Shown piece by piece: positions 48,428-58,600 of a stretch of DNA of 64,000 nucleotides (position 1 is its first letter; the number at the start of each line of letters is the position of its first letter). The stretch comes from Ignavibacteriota bacterium. GTDB taxonomy: Bacteria > Bacteroidota > Ignavibacteria > UBA10030 > UBA6906. The translations under genes and the position numbers were made by a program. The notes beneath the pieces were generated by a model. It worked only from the letters and a program-made list of their open reading frames with translations. It was not told the DNA's origin and did not search any database. The stretch lies in NCBI GenBank assembly GCA_963801355.1, contig CAWDEM010000004.1:1024001-1088000 (forward strand). The letters are read 5' to 3'.

Positions 48428-49474
48428 ATGAAGAACACACTAATGCGGTCGGTCCTGTGCCTGCTGCTCGTGGTGTGCGTCGTTGCTGTTGCCGACGCTG
48501 CAAACGGGAGCCGCATCGGCACAGCCGGCGCGCAGGAACTCCTGATCCCGGTCGGTGCTCGTGGCATAGCGATCGGGGGATCAAGCATGATCTTCTCAAG
48601 CGGCGCGGATGCAATCTACTGGAACCCCGCCGGCCTCGGCAGAATGAGCAATTCGGTCGAAGGTATGGTGTCAACAATGTCGTACATTGCTGACATCAAT
48701 GTTGTGTATGCGGCCCTCGGCGTCCAGGCCGGGGAATTCGGCACGCTGGGGTTCACGGTGAAGTCCCTGGCGTTCGGCGACATTCCTGTTACCACATCCT
48801 CTTTCCCCGATGGAACCGGGGAAAACTATTCCCCGTCATACATCACCATCGGTGCTACGTATGCGAAAAGCCTCACGGATCGCATTTCTGTGGGTCTGAC
48901 GGCAAACATGGTGACCGAGCGAATGCTGGCCATGAGCGCCACAGGCATGGCATTCAACATCGGCATCCAGTATCATAACCTGGGCACAACGGGTCTTGAT
49001 CTGGGTATCGCGGTGAAGAACATCGGGACCAATATGCAGTTCACCGGCTCCAATCTTATCCAGCGGGGCCAAGCGGAGGCAGGATTGCGCGGTACGCAAT
49101 TCTACACTGTGGAGGCCGCCTCCAATGAGCTGCCGTCGAGCCTTGAGATCGGTCTCGGTTACACGCACAAGATCGACGACCAGAACGTGGCCAGGCTTGG
49201 CGGAATGTTCCGCAATAACAACTACCAGGAGGACGAGTACAACGTCGGAGCCGAATACAGCTTCGACAACCTCTTCTTTGTCCGCGGCGGCTATACGCTT
49301 CCCGGCCAATCGAAGAAGGATGTCCTGGGCGAACGTGAATATATCTATGACTTCACGATCGGCGCAGGCCTGCACTACAACACCGGAAGTATCGACCTGT
49401 CATTCGACTACGCGTACCGGCATATGAAGTACTTTGATGCCAGTAACGTGGTGACCCTGACAATCGGTTTGTAG
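48428..49474 (+). CDS. PorV/PorQ-family (UPF0164, FadL-like) outer-membrane beta-barrel
   Basis: Signal peptide; GTAGAQELLIPVGARGIAIGG, AIYWNPAGLG, GAEY..F.RGGY, DYAY; SD AAGGAG. Confidence 0.88.
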   Translation: MKNTLMRSVLCLLLVVCVVAVADAANGSRIGTAGAQELLIPVGARGIAIGGSSMIFSSGADAIYWNPAGLGRMSNSVEGMVSTMSYIADINVVYAALGVQAGEFGTLGFTVKSLAFGDIPVTTSSFPDGTGENYSPSYITIGATYAKSLTDRISVGLTANMVTERMLAMSATGMAFNIGIQYHNLGTTGLDLGIAVKNIGTNMQFTGSNLIQRGQAEAGLRGTQFYTVEAASNELPSSLEIGLGYTHKIDDQNVARLGGMFRNNNYQEDEYNVGAEYSFDNLFFVRGGYTLPGQSKKDVLGEREYIYDFTIGAGLHYNTGSIDLSFDYAYRHMKYFDASNVVTLTIGL

Positions 49475-49507
49475 TCGCTGTTTGCGGCAGTGCAGCTTCC
49501 GCAACCT

Positions 49508-49546
49508 GAGGGCCGGCATGGAACCATGCCGGCCCTCTTAATTGTT
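49508..49546 (+). terminator. Probable intrinsic terminator closing the TBDR operon
   Basis: Perfect 14-bp inverted repeat GAGGGCCGGCATGG-AA-CCATGCCGGCCCTC followed by TTAATTGTT. Confidence 0.7.
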
Positions 49547-49560
49547 GAGCCAACACCCCT

Positions 49561-51915
49561 ATGAATACACGATACCGTTCCCCAGAACGCTTTCTGATCT
49601 TTCTCCTCGGATTTTCGCTTTTCGGAAGTTCACCGGGGGAGTGCGGTGTGCCCTTGTTTCCGCCGGACGGACCTGCAGCTGTTCATCAGCGTTGTCTCGA
49701 CATCCAACGTCCGGCGGTTGCCATGATTGTGGCACTTCAACCCGGGTACGAGGACCTGCCGCTCATGGCGTATCTCCGCCTGCATCGCGGGGCGACAACC
49801 GCTGTTGTGTTTCTGACGAACGGTGAGGGAACACCCGGCGATACGCTCGGGAGATATCCCAGCTGGATGACCGGCGAACGCAAACTCGAGGCTGACCGGA
49901 TCGCTGCGTTTCTCGACGCAGAGGCATGGTTCGCCAATATCCCGGATCTGCCAGGAGCGGGGAGTAGTGAGAATGTACAGGCACTCTGGGATACCGTCGG
50001 CGCAGTCAGGCGGCTTACCAGGGTAATCCGCAGGTACAAACCGGATGCTGTCATTCTTTGCCCGGACCGGCGGGTCATCAATCGTTCCTCCGCGCGGGAT
50101 ACGGTGGCACTCCGGGCCCTGCAGGAAGCTGTGGCACGTGCAGCGACAACGATTGATACATCACGCAATGAGGGTCTTCTCCCATGGACCGTGTCGCGCG
50201 TGTTTGTCCAGACTAGGGCGAAAGCACTCCCTCACGTGTTCATGAAGAACCATCCGCTGGTGAATGCCACCTCACTCGCAATCGCGCAGTCGGCGGGTCA
50301 ACTCTACCGCACATTGCGGCTCCGGGTCGGGGAGTGGCTTGCCGCGGGACGGGAGTACCGCATCCTGTCACAACAAGGGAGTCTTGCCGCCCCTCGCTCA
50401 CCCGAACAGCTCGTGAGCGGTCTGCCTGATGTGAGCCCGCGAATGAAGAGCATAGAACGAGCGATACAAGCTGCTGTCACGTCCAGTTCCCGCGGCGTGA
50501 GATCGGCGTCGCTCTTGCCGGTTTCGCGTGCGATTGATCTTGCGGAACAAACGCTGACCAGGGAGAGCGGCAGGTTGACCAGACAGGAGCAACGGCTCAT
50601 GGCGACCTGGAAGAACGGACTGGAAGACCTGCGAAGCACGGTGCTCGGAGTGTCAGTAACTGTCGAAGCCAGCGAGAGCCTTCTGACGGCCAGTCAGCTG
50701 TTCTATCTCCGCGTTTCGCCATTGAGTCCGCGGCGGCCGAAGGGCCAGACGGAAATCATTTTCCCTCTTGCCCGCGCCGGCGACTGGACCATCAACGACG
50801 GCATGAACTATCATTTCTCCCTGGATTCTGTGTCGTCGTTCAACATCCTCACTCCGGCCGATGTCCCGTTTGCGGTCCCTGCCTCCGAGTACGGCCTCAC
50901 GCAGCCTGTCATGAGCACTATATTCCCCTATGTCATCGTGCACAAGGATCCGCAACGCGAATACAACTATATGTACCAGGGGAAGATCCGGTTGCACCTG
51001 GGTCCACGGCGATCGTTCGCACTGCGTACGCCCCTCATCTATGATGATCGGTCGTCACCGGTCATCTACGAACTGCAAAACTTTTCGCGTGATCGGTTCC
51101 GGGGTACCGTCACGCTCACCGATTCTTCAGGTCTGTTCACGGAGCTTCCGGTCTTCTTTTCCCACAAAGACCAGATCCTGACTGACACACTGTACCTGCC
51201 GGGCGATCCTCCGCCCGGAGAAGGCTACCGGCTCTGTACGCTCGAACTCTCGGGGAAAGGGGGGCGACGGTCAATTACGGTACATCATTTCGAGACCTCG
51301 GTAGACACGACAGTCAGCGTAGGGTTGCTCTCGACAATCGACAGCTCTCCGCTGGCGGATGCGTTGCGGGTGCTGCGGCAGCCCCATGAACTGCTTGCCG
51401 TGCAGCAGGCAGCAGTGACTATGCCGCGCTTCGGAACCATCGTCGTGGATCGTGATCTCTTCTCTGATACACTCTGCACGCGGGCAACGAGAGAGGCACT
51501 CGCCGGCTGGATTCGCGGAGGCGGACATGCAGTGGTGTTTCCGCAGCATGGCGCGGATGCAGCGGTGTGGCTGACGGCGTTGTGCGGCGCAGCGTTCGCA
51601 CCGATCGATCCGCTTCCGTGCGACGCGCCCGTGACGATGGATTCCCCGGGGTTGTTCAGCTCACCCAACGTGATCACTCCGGCAGACTGGGAAGGATGGG
51701 TCGTCTCCCGGGCGTTCACGGAGATCCGCCGGCCGGCTCCTCACTCCAGTGGAGCAAGCCAGGCCAGAACCGGGTCCGTGCCGCTTATCTGTACGCTGAC
51801 GGTGGGGGATGGGTCTATTACTCTTGTGGCAGCGGATATTCTCTCGCAGCTGGTGAACTACCATCCGGGGGCGCACCGACTTCTGGCAAACATTGTTGCA
51901 TACAGAAAGAACTAG
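49561..51915 (+). CDS. Exported PIG-L/LmbE-family deacetylase-like multidomain protein, degenerate active site
   Basis: Signal peptide; VALQPGYED (cf. AHPDDE), LTNGEG, IRRYKPDAVI, EGLLPW; C-terminal GATase-like region ending HPGAHRLLANI. Confidence 0.7.
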   Translation: MNTRYRSPERFLIFLLGFSLFGSSPGECGVPLFPPDGPAAVHQRCLDIQRPAVAMIVALQPGYEDLPLMAYLRLHRGATTAVVFLTNGEGTPGDTLGRYPSWMTGERKLEADRIAAFLDAEAWFANIPDLPGAGSSENVQALWDTVGAVRRLTRVIRRYKPDAVILCPDRRVINRSSARDTVALRALQEAVARAATTIDTSRNEGLLPWTVSRVFVQTRAKALPHVFMKNHPLVNATSLAIAQSAGQLYRTLRLRVGEWLAAGREYRILSQQGSLAAPRSPEQLVSGLPDVSPRMKSIERAIQAAVTSSSRGVRSASLLPVSRAIDLAEQTLTRESGRLTRQEQRLMATWKNGLEDLRSTVLGVSVTVEASESLLTASQLFYLRVSPLSPRRPKGQTEIIFPLARAGDWTINDGMNYHFSLDSVSSFNILTPADVPFAVPASEYGLTQPVMSTIFPYVIVHKDPQREYNYMYQGKIRLHLGPRRSFALRTPLIYDDRSSPVIYELQNFSRDRFRGTVTLTDSSGLFTELPVFFSHKDQILTDTLYLPGDPPPGEGYRLCTLELSGKGGRRSITVHHFETSVDTTVSVGLLSTIDSSPLADALRVLRQPHELLAVQQAAVTMPRFGTIVVDRDLFSDTLCTRATREALAGWIRGGGHAVVFPQHGADAAVWLTALCGAAFAPIDPLPCDAPVTMDSPGLFSSPNVITPADWEGWVVSRAFTEIRRPAPHSSGASQARTGSVPLICTLTVGDGSITLVAADILSQLVNYHPGAHRLLANIVAYRKN

Positions 51916-52067
51916 CGGCCGGATCTGCCCTTGTTGCCTCATTGATACATCGAGTCGAACGGTGCCTTTCTTCTTGCGCTCTGTCTTTGTACATTGAAAA
52001 GTAAATATCGATTTCACGCATCGGAAAAAGTGGGGCTACGCTGTAGTAATATCATCCTCGTTCAGTC

Positions 52068-52943
52068 GTGAGGCACACAGTGCACAGAGCCGGGCTGTTC
52101 ATCCTGTTGCTTGGCGTGCAGACCCATCTGTTCGCGCAACACCATGAGCCATACCCCGTCCACGGAACCGTTATCGATGTGGACGTCTCCGGTAACCTGT
52201 TTGTTCTTGACGGGCCGGCTGCCACACTCACGATGTACGATCGTTCTCTGCGTCGGGTAGCGACAAGCGGGGGACCGGGTTGGGAGAACGGATGCTTCGA
52301 CCAGCCGGCCGGCCTCTGGGCACGCAACGGCCTCGAAGTCCTGGTGGCCGACTACGGGAACCACCGGATCCAGCGGTTTGACAGGACCCTGAGCTTTGTG
52401 TCGTCATTCTCCACCAGGGAAGCAGAGGAGGCTTCGGAGAGATTCGGATATCCCACCGATGTCGCTCTTTCGCGGCTCGGAGACCTGTTCCTGTGCGACA
52501 CGGAGAACAGCCGGATTGTGAAGGTGAATGCGGCAAACCGGGTGGAAACGACATTCGGCGGCTTTGGAGGCGGCGCGGGAAGACTGCGGCACCCGCTGCA
52601 GATCGAGATCGGTGCCAATGACTGGGTGTATGTTCTGGATCCGCCACGCGTGCTGGTCTACGATGGATTTGGCAACTTCCTGGCGACGTTACCGGATGGC
52701 ATACTGCAGCACCCGACGGTGCTCTTCGCTGACGACCGGGGAGCATTGATCGTGGATGGGGATTCTCTTTTCTGCTTTGACACAGTGCATCGCCCCGCGT
52801 TCGCCGCCTCTCTCACGGAGATCCTCGCAGGTCGTCACGAACGTGTGCTGTCGCTTGTCGTCAGCGGGGGAAATCTGTATGCTCTCTGCGTGGACGGCTT
52901 GATCATCGCACCGGACCCGAGAGAGGGACGGGTTGACAAATGA
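52068..52943 (+). CDS. NHL-repeat beta-propeller exported protein
   Basis: FDQPAGL..VADYGNHRIQRFD; FGYPTDVA..LCDTENSRIVK; LRHPLQI. Confidence 0.85.
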   Translation: MRHTVHRAGLFILLLGVQTHLFAQHHEPYPVHGTVIDVDVSGNLFVLDGPAATLTMYDRSLRRVATSGGPGWENGCFDQPAGLWARNGLEVLVADYGNHRIQRFDRTLSFVSSFSTREAEEASERFGYPTDVALSRLGDLFLCDTENSRIVKVNAANRVETTFGGFGGGAGRLRHPLQIEIGANDWVYVLDPPRVLVYDGFGNFLATLPDGILQHPTVLFADDRGALIVDGDSLFCFDTVHRPAFAASLTEILAGRHERVLSLVVSGGNLYALCVDGLIIAPDPREGRVDK

Positions 52944-52993
52944 CCGGGAAGTGTGTTCATTGACGCTACAATGACCGGATAGTGTATTCATTG
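52939..52993 (+). repeat. Two 24-bp imperfect direct repeats upstream of ssb (operator-like)
   Basis: AATGACCGGGAAGTGTGTTCATTG (52939-52962) and AATGACCGGATAGTGTATTCATTG (52970-52993); 21/24 identical; each bounded by AATGA...TCATT. Confidence 0.75.
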
Positions 52994-53057
52994 GACCTCA
53001 ACATATGCCGCAGGCGGAGTGTGAGGGCTTTCATGCATTTTACGAAAGGGTAGTCGC

Positions 53058-53492
53058 ATGGCAAAGAGCTTGAACAAGGTTATGCTCATTGGAAACCTCG
53101 GGCGCGATCCGGAAGTGCGCTATACTGCATCGAGTGTCGCCGTGGCAACATTCAGCATCGCCACGAACGAAAGCTGGCAGGACCAGGATGGCAATACCCA
53201 GGAGCGTACCGAGTGGCATAATATCGTAACCTGGCGGAAACTTGCCGAAATATGCCATCAATACCTCCGCAAAGGGTCCAAAGTGTACATCGAAGGCAGG
53301 ATCCAGACACGGAGCTACGATGACAAGAATACCGGCGTCAAGAAGTACATGACGGAGATCGTTGCGAACAACATGATCATGCTCGACAGCAAAGATGCCG
53401 GCTCGGGCACAGGCAATTCAGCCTATGTGCCTCCTGAGGCTTCTGCGGGGCCGATGGAGAGCGGGAAGCAAGAAAGCGATCTCCCATTTTAG
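53058..53492 (+). CDS. ssb: Single-stranded DNA-binding protein
   Basis: [29 protein letters not shown]-terminal DLPF. Confidence 0.98.
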   Translation: MAKSLNKVMLIGNLGRDPEVRYTASSVAVATFSIATNESWQDQDGNTQERTEWHNIVTWRKLAEICHQYLRKGSKVYIEGRIQTRSYDDKNTGVKKYMTEIVANNMIMLDSKDAGSGTGNSAYVPPEASAGPMESGKQESDLPF

Positions 53493-53557
53493 CTGTGCTC
53501 CCTTTGTTGTGCTCCGCCGTGCTCCCGTCTCCGTGGGAGATTTTCAGAGTTGACCGG

Positions 53558-53730
53558 TTATCCACAAACTTATACACAAGTTGTTTGCCCTGGAAGTTAC
53601 AGTTTAAGCGATAGCCCGTACTCTATTGTGGAATAATGATTTGCGTTTCTTTTTGAGCAGCTGTGTCAGAGACGGTCCAGCGGGGTTTGATGTGGAAAAC
53701 TGCCAGAGTCTCAACGGGGCGTGTGAATGA
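53558..53730. promoter_or_regulatory. Cluster of DnaA boxes
   Basis: TTATCCACA 53558-53566 (+), TTATACACA 53570-53578 (+), TTTTCCACA 53691-53699 (-); one-mismatch boxes 53627-53635 (-) and 53722-53730 (-). Confidence 0.7.
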
Positions 53731-54884
53731 AAGCAAAGCTGGCCCTTGAAAACGGGAGGGTGTTTGAAGGGGATTGCTTCGGCGCAGCAGGAGAAGTGAG
53801 CGGCGAGGTGGTCTTCAATACCAGCATGTCGGGGTATCAGGAAATCTATACGGATCCCTCGTACAGCGGGCAGATAGTTACGCTGACATACCCGCTCATC
53901 GGCAACTACGGCATCACGCAGGAAGACATGGAGTCGGCAGCGCCGCAGGTTTCTGGCGTGATTGTCAGAGAATACATGCCGCATCCGAGCAACTTCCGCG
54001 CCGTGATGGATCTGGGGGGATGGCTCGAAAAGCACGGGATCATTGCTCTCACCGGTATCGACACCCGGATGCTGACCCGCATGATCCGCACAGAAGGAGC
54101 CCTGCGTGGCGTCCTGTCAACGAACGACCTCGATGATGCCTCTCTTGTACGGAAGGCCGGACTCGTCCCTTCCATGGTCGGCATGGACCTGGCAACGAAA
54201 GTCACGTGCGCCAGGCCGTATGAATGGACCGGAAGAGACTCGACCGACTTTGCACTTGATGTCCCGGGTGACGGATCGGGACATCCCCGTTTCCGGGTTG
54301 TCGCGTACGATTTTGGCATCAAGCAAAACATACTGCGCCGCCTCGTCATGTACGGATGTGATGTCACCGTCGTTCCTGCTCAGTTCCCCGCTGCCGATGT
54401 GCTTGCACTTGCACCCGATGGAGTCTTCCTTTCCAACGGCCCGGGCGATCCTGCTCCCGTGCAAGTGGCGATCGAGAACATTAAGGTGCTTCTGGGACGA
54501 GTGCCGATCTTCGGCATCTGCCTGGGACACCAACTCTTGGCGCTTGCTCTCGGAGGCAAAACCTACAAACTCAAGTTCGGCCACAGGGGTGGCAACCACC
54601 CGGTAAAGAACCTCCTCACCGGCAAAATTGAAATCACCTCACAGAATCACGGATTTGCCGTCGATCCGGACTCTCTCGATCCGCTGCAGGCAGAAATTAC
54701 ACATGTCAACCTGTACGACGGCACAAACGAAGGCTTTCGTCACCGGCGTTTGCCGGCATTTTCCGTTCAGTACCACCCCGAAGCCTCTCCCGGTCCGCAC
54801 GACAGCGACTATCTTTTCCGGGATTTCATGGCAATGATGAACGACTCATCGGTATCCCGGCCGACCATTTCCGCTGCACGGTGA
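53727..54884 (+). CDS. carA: Carbamoyl-phosphate synthase small subunit
   Basis: [53 protein letters not shown]. Confidence 0.98.
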   Translation: MKAKLALENGRVFEGDCFGAAGEVSGEVVFNTSMSGYQEIYTDPSYSGQIVTLTYPLIGNYGITQEDMESAAPQVSGVIVREYMPHPSNFRAVMDLGGWLEKHGIIALTGIDTRMLTRMIRTEGALRGVLSTNDLDDASLVRKAGLVPSMVGMDLATKVTCARPYEWTGRDSTDFALDVPGDGSGHPRFRVVAYDFGIKQNILRRLVMYGCDVTVVPAQFPAADVLALAPDGVFLSNGPGDPAPVQVAIENIKVLLGRVPIFGICLGHQLLALALGGKTYKLKFGHRGGNHPVKNLLTGKIEITSQNHGFAVDPDSLDPLQAEITHVNLYDGTNEGFRHRRLPAFSVQYHPEASPGPHDSDYLFRDFMAMMNDSSVSRPTISAAR

Positions 54885-55640
54885 AGCCCGCAGGCTATAC
54901 AATCCTCCCGGCCTTGTACGACAGGTGGCAGGCGACGTACGGCAAGGACTACTCGGCCCTGATCTTCCCACGACTCCTCAGGACATTCCGCAGGTTCGGC
55001 ATTCCGGCCTCCCGGCTGCTGGATGTGGCGTGTGGAACCGGTTCACTTGCCCTTCTTCTTCGTCCGTACGGCTGGCGCATCCGGGGCGTGGATGGCTCTA
55101 GCCGGCATGGTGAAACAGGCACGGGAGAAATGCCGTCCCTTCCGCCCGGACATCAGCATCGGACATCAGGATATGAGAGACCTGCGGGTCAGATCACGCG
55201 TCAATGTATGCACGTGTCTGTTCGATTCGATCAATCACCTGACCACGCTGCGTGACCTGCATCTGACCTTCCGTGGTATGGCGCATTCGCTCAACCCCGG
55301 AGGATGGTTGATATTCGATGTGAACAATGAAACATGCTACCGGACACTCTGGAACGGAATACAAACCCTCGAACACCGGGATTTTGCACTGCGGCTGGAG
55401 AACCACTACAATCCACACCGCAGAATTGCCCGGTCACGCGTCACCGTGTGTTGGAAGATCAATTCGCGACGGAGAGAAGAGAAGGAAGTGGTGGTCGAAC
55501 GGTGCTTCACGCATCCGGAACTCTGCAAGGCGCTTGCCCTGAATGGATTTCAGGTGCTGGAATCGGACGATTTCAACTTCTCGGAAGTGCCAGCGATGGG
55601 TAAATTGAAGACATGGTGGGTCGCGCGAAAAGACCAATGA
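54881..55640 (+). pseudogene. Class I SAM-dependent methyltransferase split by a one-base frameshift near 55100
   Basis: Frame 1 has LLDVACGTG..GVDGS, frame 2 continues AGMVKQA..QDMRDL..FDSINHL..LNPGGWLIFD; removing the A in TCT-A-GCC restores one ORF. Confidence 0.75.
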
Positions 55641-55649
55641 GGTGGTTCC

Positions 55650-58600
55650 CTACCGGTATCCTTCGTATCTGAGCGTCTGATTCGGTGCACGCACAAATCC
55701 TATCGTCTGCAGCAGTTCACCCAGGGGCTCGAGTGCCGCCCTTGACCCATTGATGTACTCCACGTCAATCTGCTTCACAGGTCTCAGCGCACCGGGAATC
55801 CTGGTGAGGCCTATCAGTTCCCACATTGCGGCCAGAATCAGCTCATGGGAAGTTCCCTCCTTCGTCCAGAGTCTTCCGCCGTACTGTTGTATCAACACAA
55901 CCGGCGATCCGTTGTGGAATGCGATATACGTCCCCGGAGTCCGTTGCACCGCTGTTTCGCCGAACGGAAATGGGATGCCGGGACCATACGGGTTCCCCGG
56001 GTCCATCCCGTTGACGAGGTATGCCGTGCCTGATGCGCCGCCGCTTCGGCGAATTTCACGGAGCAGATCCACCGCATCGGGGATGGCATACTGCATCCCG
56101 GAGAGGCCCTGCACGAAGTACCCCCGGCGGATCTGCCCCCGCATCTCCCGGCGCTGCAGTTCTGCAGCAATGATCTGCCAGGAGAGCAGGTCTTCACGCT
56201 GGTGAAATTCACGCGCGAGTATTCCATAGCGACGCAGCAGCACATCCGCCTGCCGTGCTGCGACCTCCTCCAGGGAAAGAGAAGGTCCCATCACTCCCGG
56301 ATGTTGAAGCAGCGACCATCTGCCCGACCATCCCGGAGCCTCCCGCACTGCCCTGCGGGCCCGCTGAACCAGCGGTGAGCTCTGAGAGAAACGGCGCGGA
56401 CCCAACAAGCGCACCGGCTCCAGCGGGAGATCCGTCTCCTCCGAGCGGGACCTTCTGAGCTTGAAGATCTCCGCTGCCGTGTCGTTCGTGACGGCACCGC
56501 TCCAGAACAGCTCTGCAAGTCCGTTGTTCACCGCTGCAAGTGAAAGATGTGTCTCCGCCCGGATATCAGAGAGAAACGAAGCACCGTACGCCGAAAGGAA
56601 ATCGTGAATCCGCCGTGCCGCTTCACCGGACTCTTCACTGGTTCCAGCCCCGGGTGCAATAAACACGGCGCCATTGCCGCGGCGGAACGGACGAATTCTT
56701 CCCTGGGCAACCCCCGCCCAGACCCACTCTGACGGTGACGTCCCATGCGACAACAGGTCAGGGGTGTATTCTGAAAGACGACGATACAGCACGTCCCTTT
56801 CCCATGTGTCAGCGGGCAAGGAGAGTCCCTCGAATTGACCGAGGAGAACGTCGACGCCATCGTCACGCTGCAACCGGCTCTTTCCATCAAGATGTTGCCA
56901 GCGGTGCAGGAAGGGAATGAATTCTTCGAGCGTGCAGGGTTGTATCTCTTTGCGAAGGAGCGAGAGCGTCTGCCGGTGAATCCGTTCGATGTTGGGGCGG
57001 TACACCCATTGGGGTTCATCGGCACCGGGCATTGACGGCGGGCGAAATCTTCCGCGAACCATGTTCCGGTCGTCCGCCCAACCGGCGGTGACCTGTTGGA
57101 CCCGGTCCGCGGTGATCTGATACCTGCGGGAAAGTTCGGAGACCGGAACAGGCCCGTGATGTTCAACATAGCGACGCAAGATCTTCCCGAGGGCGGGATC
57201 GGCATTCATCTGCGCGTACAGTTCATGTTCTTCGAGCGCAACCCATCGGGGCGCGCTGCCGACGGTGAGACGTGAAGCCCGGTGCGTCTCCTCCAGAGTC
57301 CTGAGCATTGCCTGAGAGTCCCCCGCACATCGCGCGGCAATTTCCTCTTCCGTCAGGTCACCGAGACGGAGAAGCACTTCCATCAGCTCTTCCGGCGTGC
57401 GGGCTCTGGTCCCCTCCCCGGCATGCTGGAGCTGTTGTTCTACATGGTCCACGGCTTCCGGCCGTATCAGCGAAGTGAGCGTTTCGAGATCCACGACCCC
57501 GGAGAGCAATTCGCGATTGACAGAGACATACTGGCTCAGGCGATCGGGACGCGATTGGTCGTACTCGTACATATACACTGCCATGAAGTCGAACAGCATG
57601 CTGCCCGCAAACGGAGACGGGACTTCGTTCTCCACCGTATGTATCTGGATGTCACCGGAGACAAGCCGGCGCAGGAGTTGACGGAAGCGGGGGAAATCCA
57701 GCACGTCATTCAATACTTCGCGCACTGTTTCGATCACCACCGGGAAATCATCGAACTTCCTTGCCACCTGGAGAAGATCCGCTGCGCGCAGACGCTGGAG
57801 CCAGAGCGGAGTCCGTTTTCCCGGCGCCACCCTCGGCATGAGGAGGGACCGCCCGGCATTCTGGCGGAATTGACCGGCAAACACCGGAGAGTCCAGCAAA
57901 TCCTGCAGAACAAAATTTTCCGCCTCTTCAATCGCGATCCCGTCAAAAAGGTCAAGGGGAATATGCCGCGTCTCCGGACAACGGAGCAGGACACCATCGT
58001 CATTGTACAGCATCTGGGGAGAGGCGTGGAGTTTTTGTTCCGCCTGGCGCGCAAGCAGGAGACCGAGCAGTCCGTTGACACGGCGGCCGAAGCAGGAGTG
58101 GATCACGATCCTCGGATCACCGATTTCATCGCGGAATCCCTCCACAACAATGGACCGGTCTCCCGGAATCACTCCCGTTGCGTCGCGCTGGCGCCTGAGG
58201 TATTCTACCAGGTTCCATGCGGACCGGCTGTCGACCGGGTACGTGGCGCTGATCCAGGGAAGAAGGCCGGGATCGTCCAGTCGCCCGCCCACCGTCCGCC
58301 GGAACTCCCCCACGATCGTACCGAGTTCAAAGCTTCTGCCGATCCCTTCTCCCCGCCAGAAGGGCATGCGTGCCGGGGCCCCGGGCGCAGCGGCGACGGT
58401 GATCCGGTCCGGGGAGATGTCGATCATCCGCCAGACGCTTGTGCCGAGTATGAATGTGTCCCCGGGGCGACTTTCAAAAATGAACTCTTCGTCGACTTCT
58501 CCGACCTTGGTTTTGCCATCTTCGAGGTAGACCCCGTACAATCCGCGGTCAGCAATCGTGCCGCCCCCGGTAATGGCGATGTGTGAAGTGCCGGGAAGCG

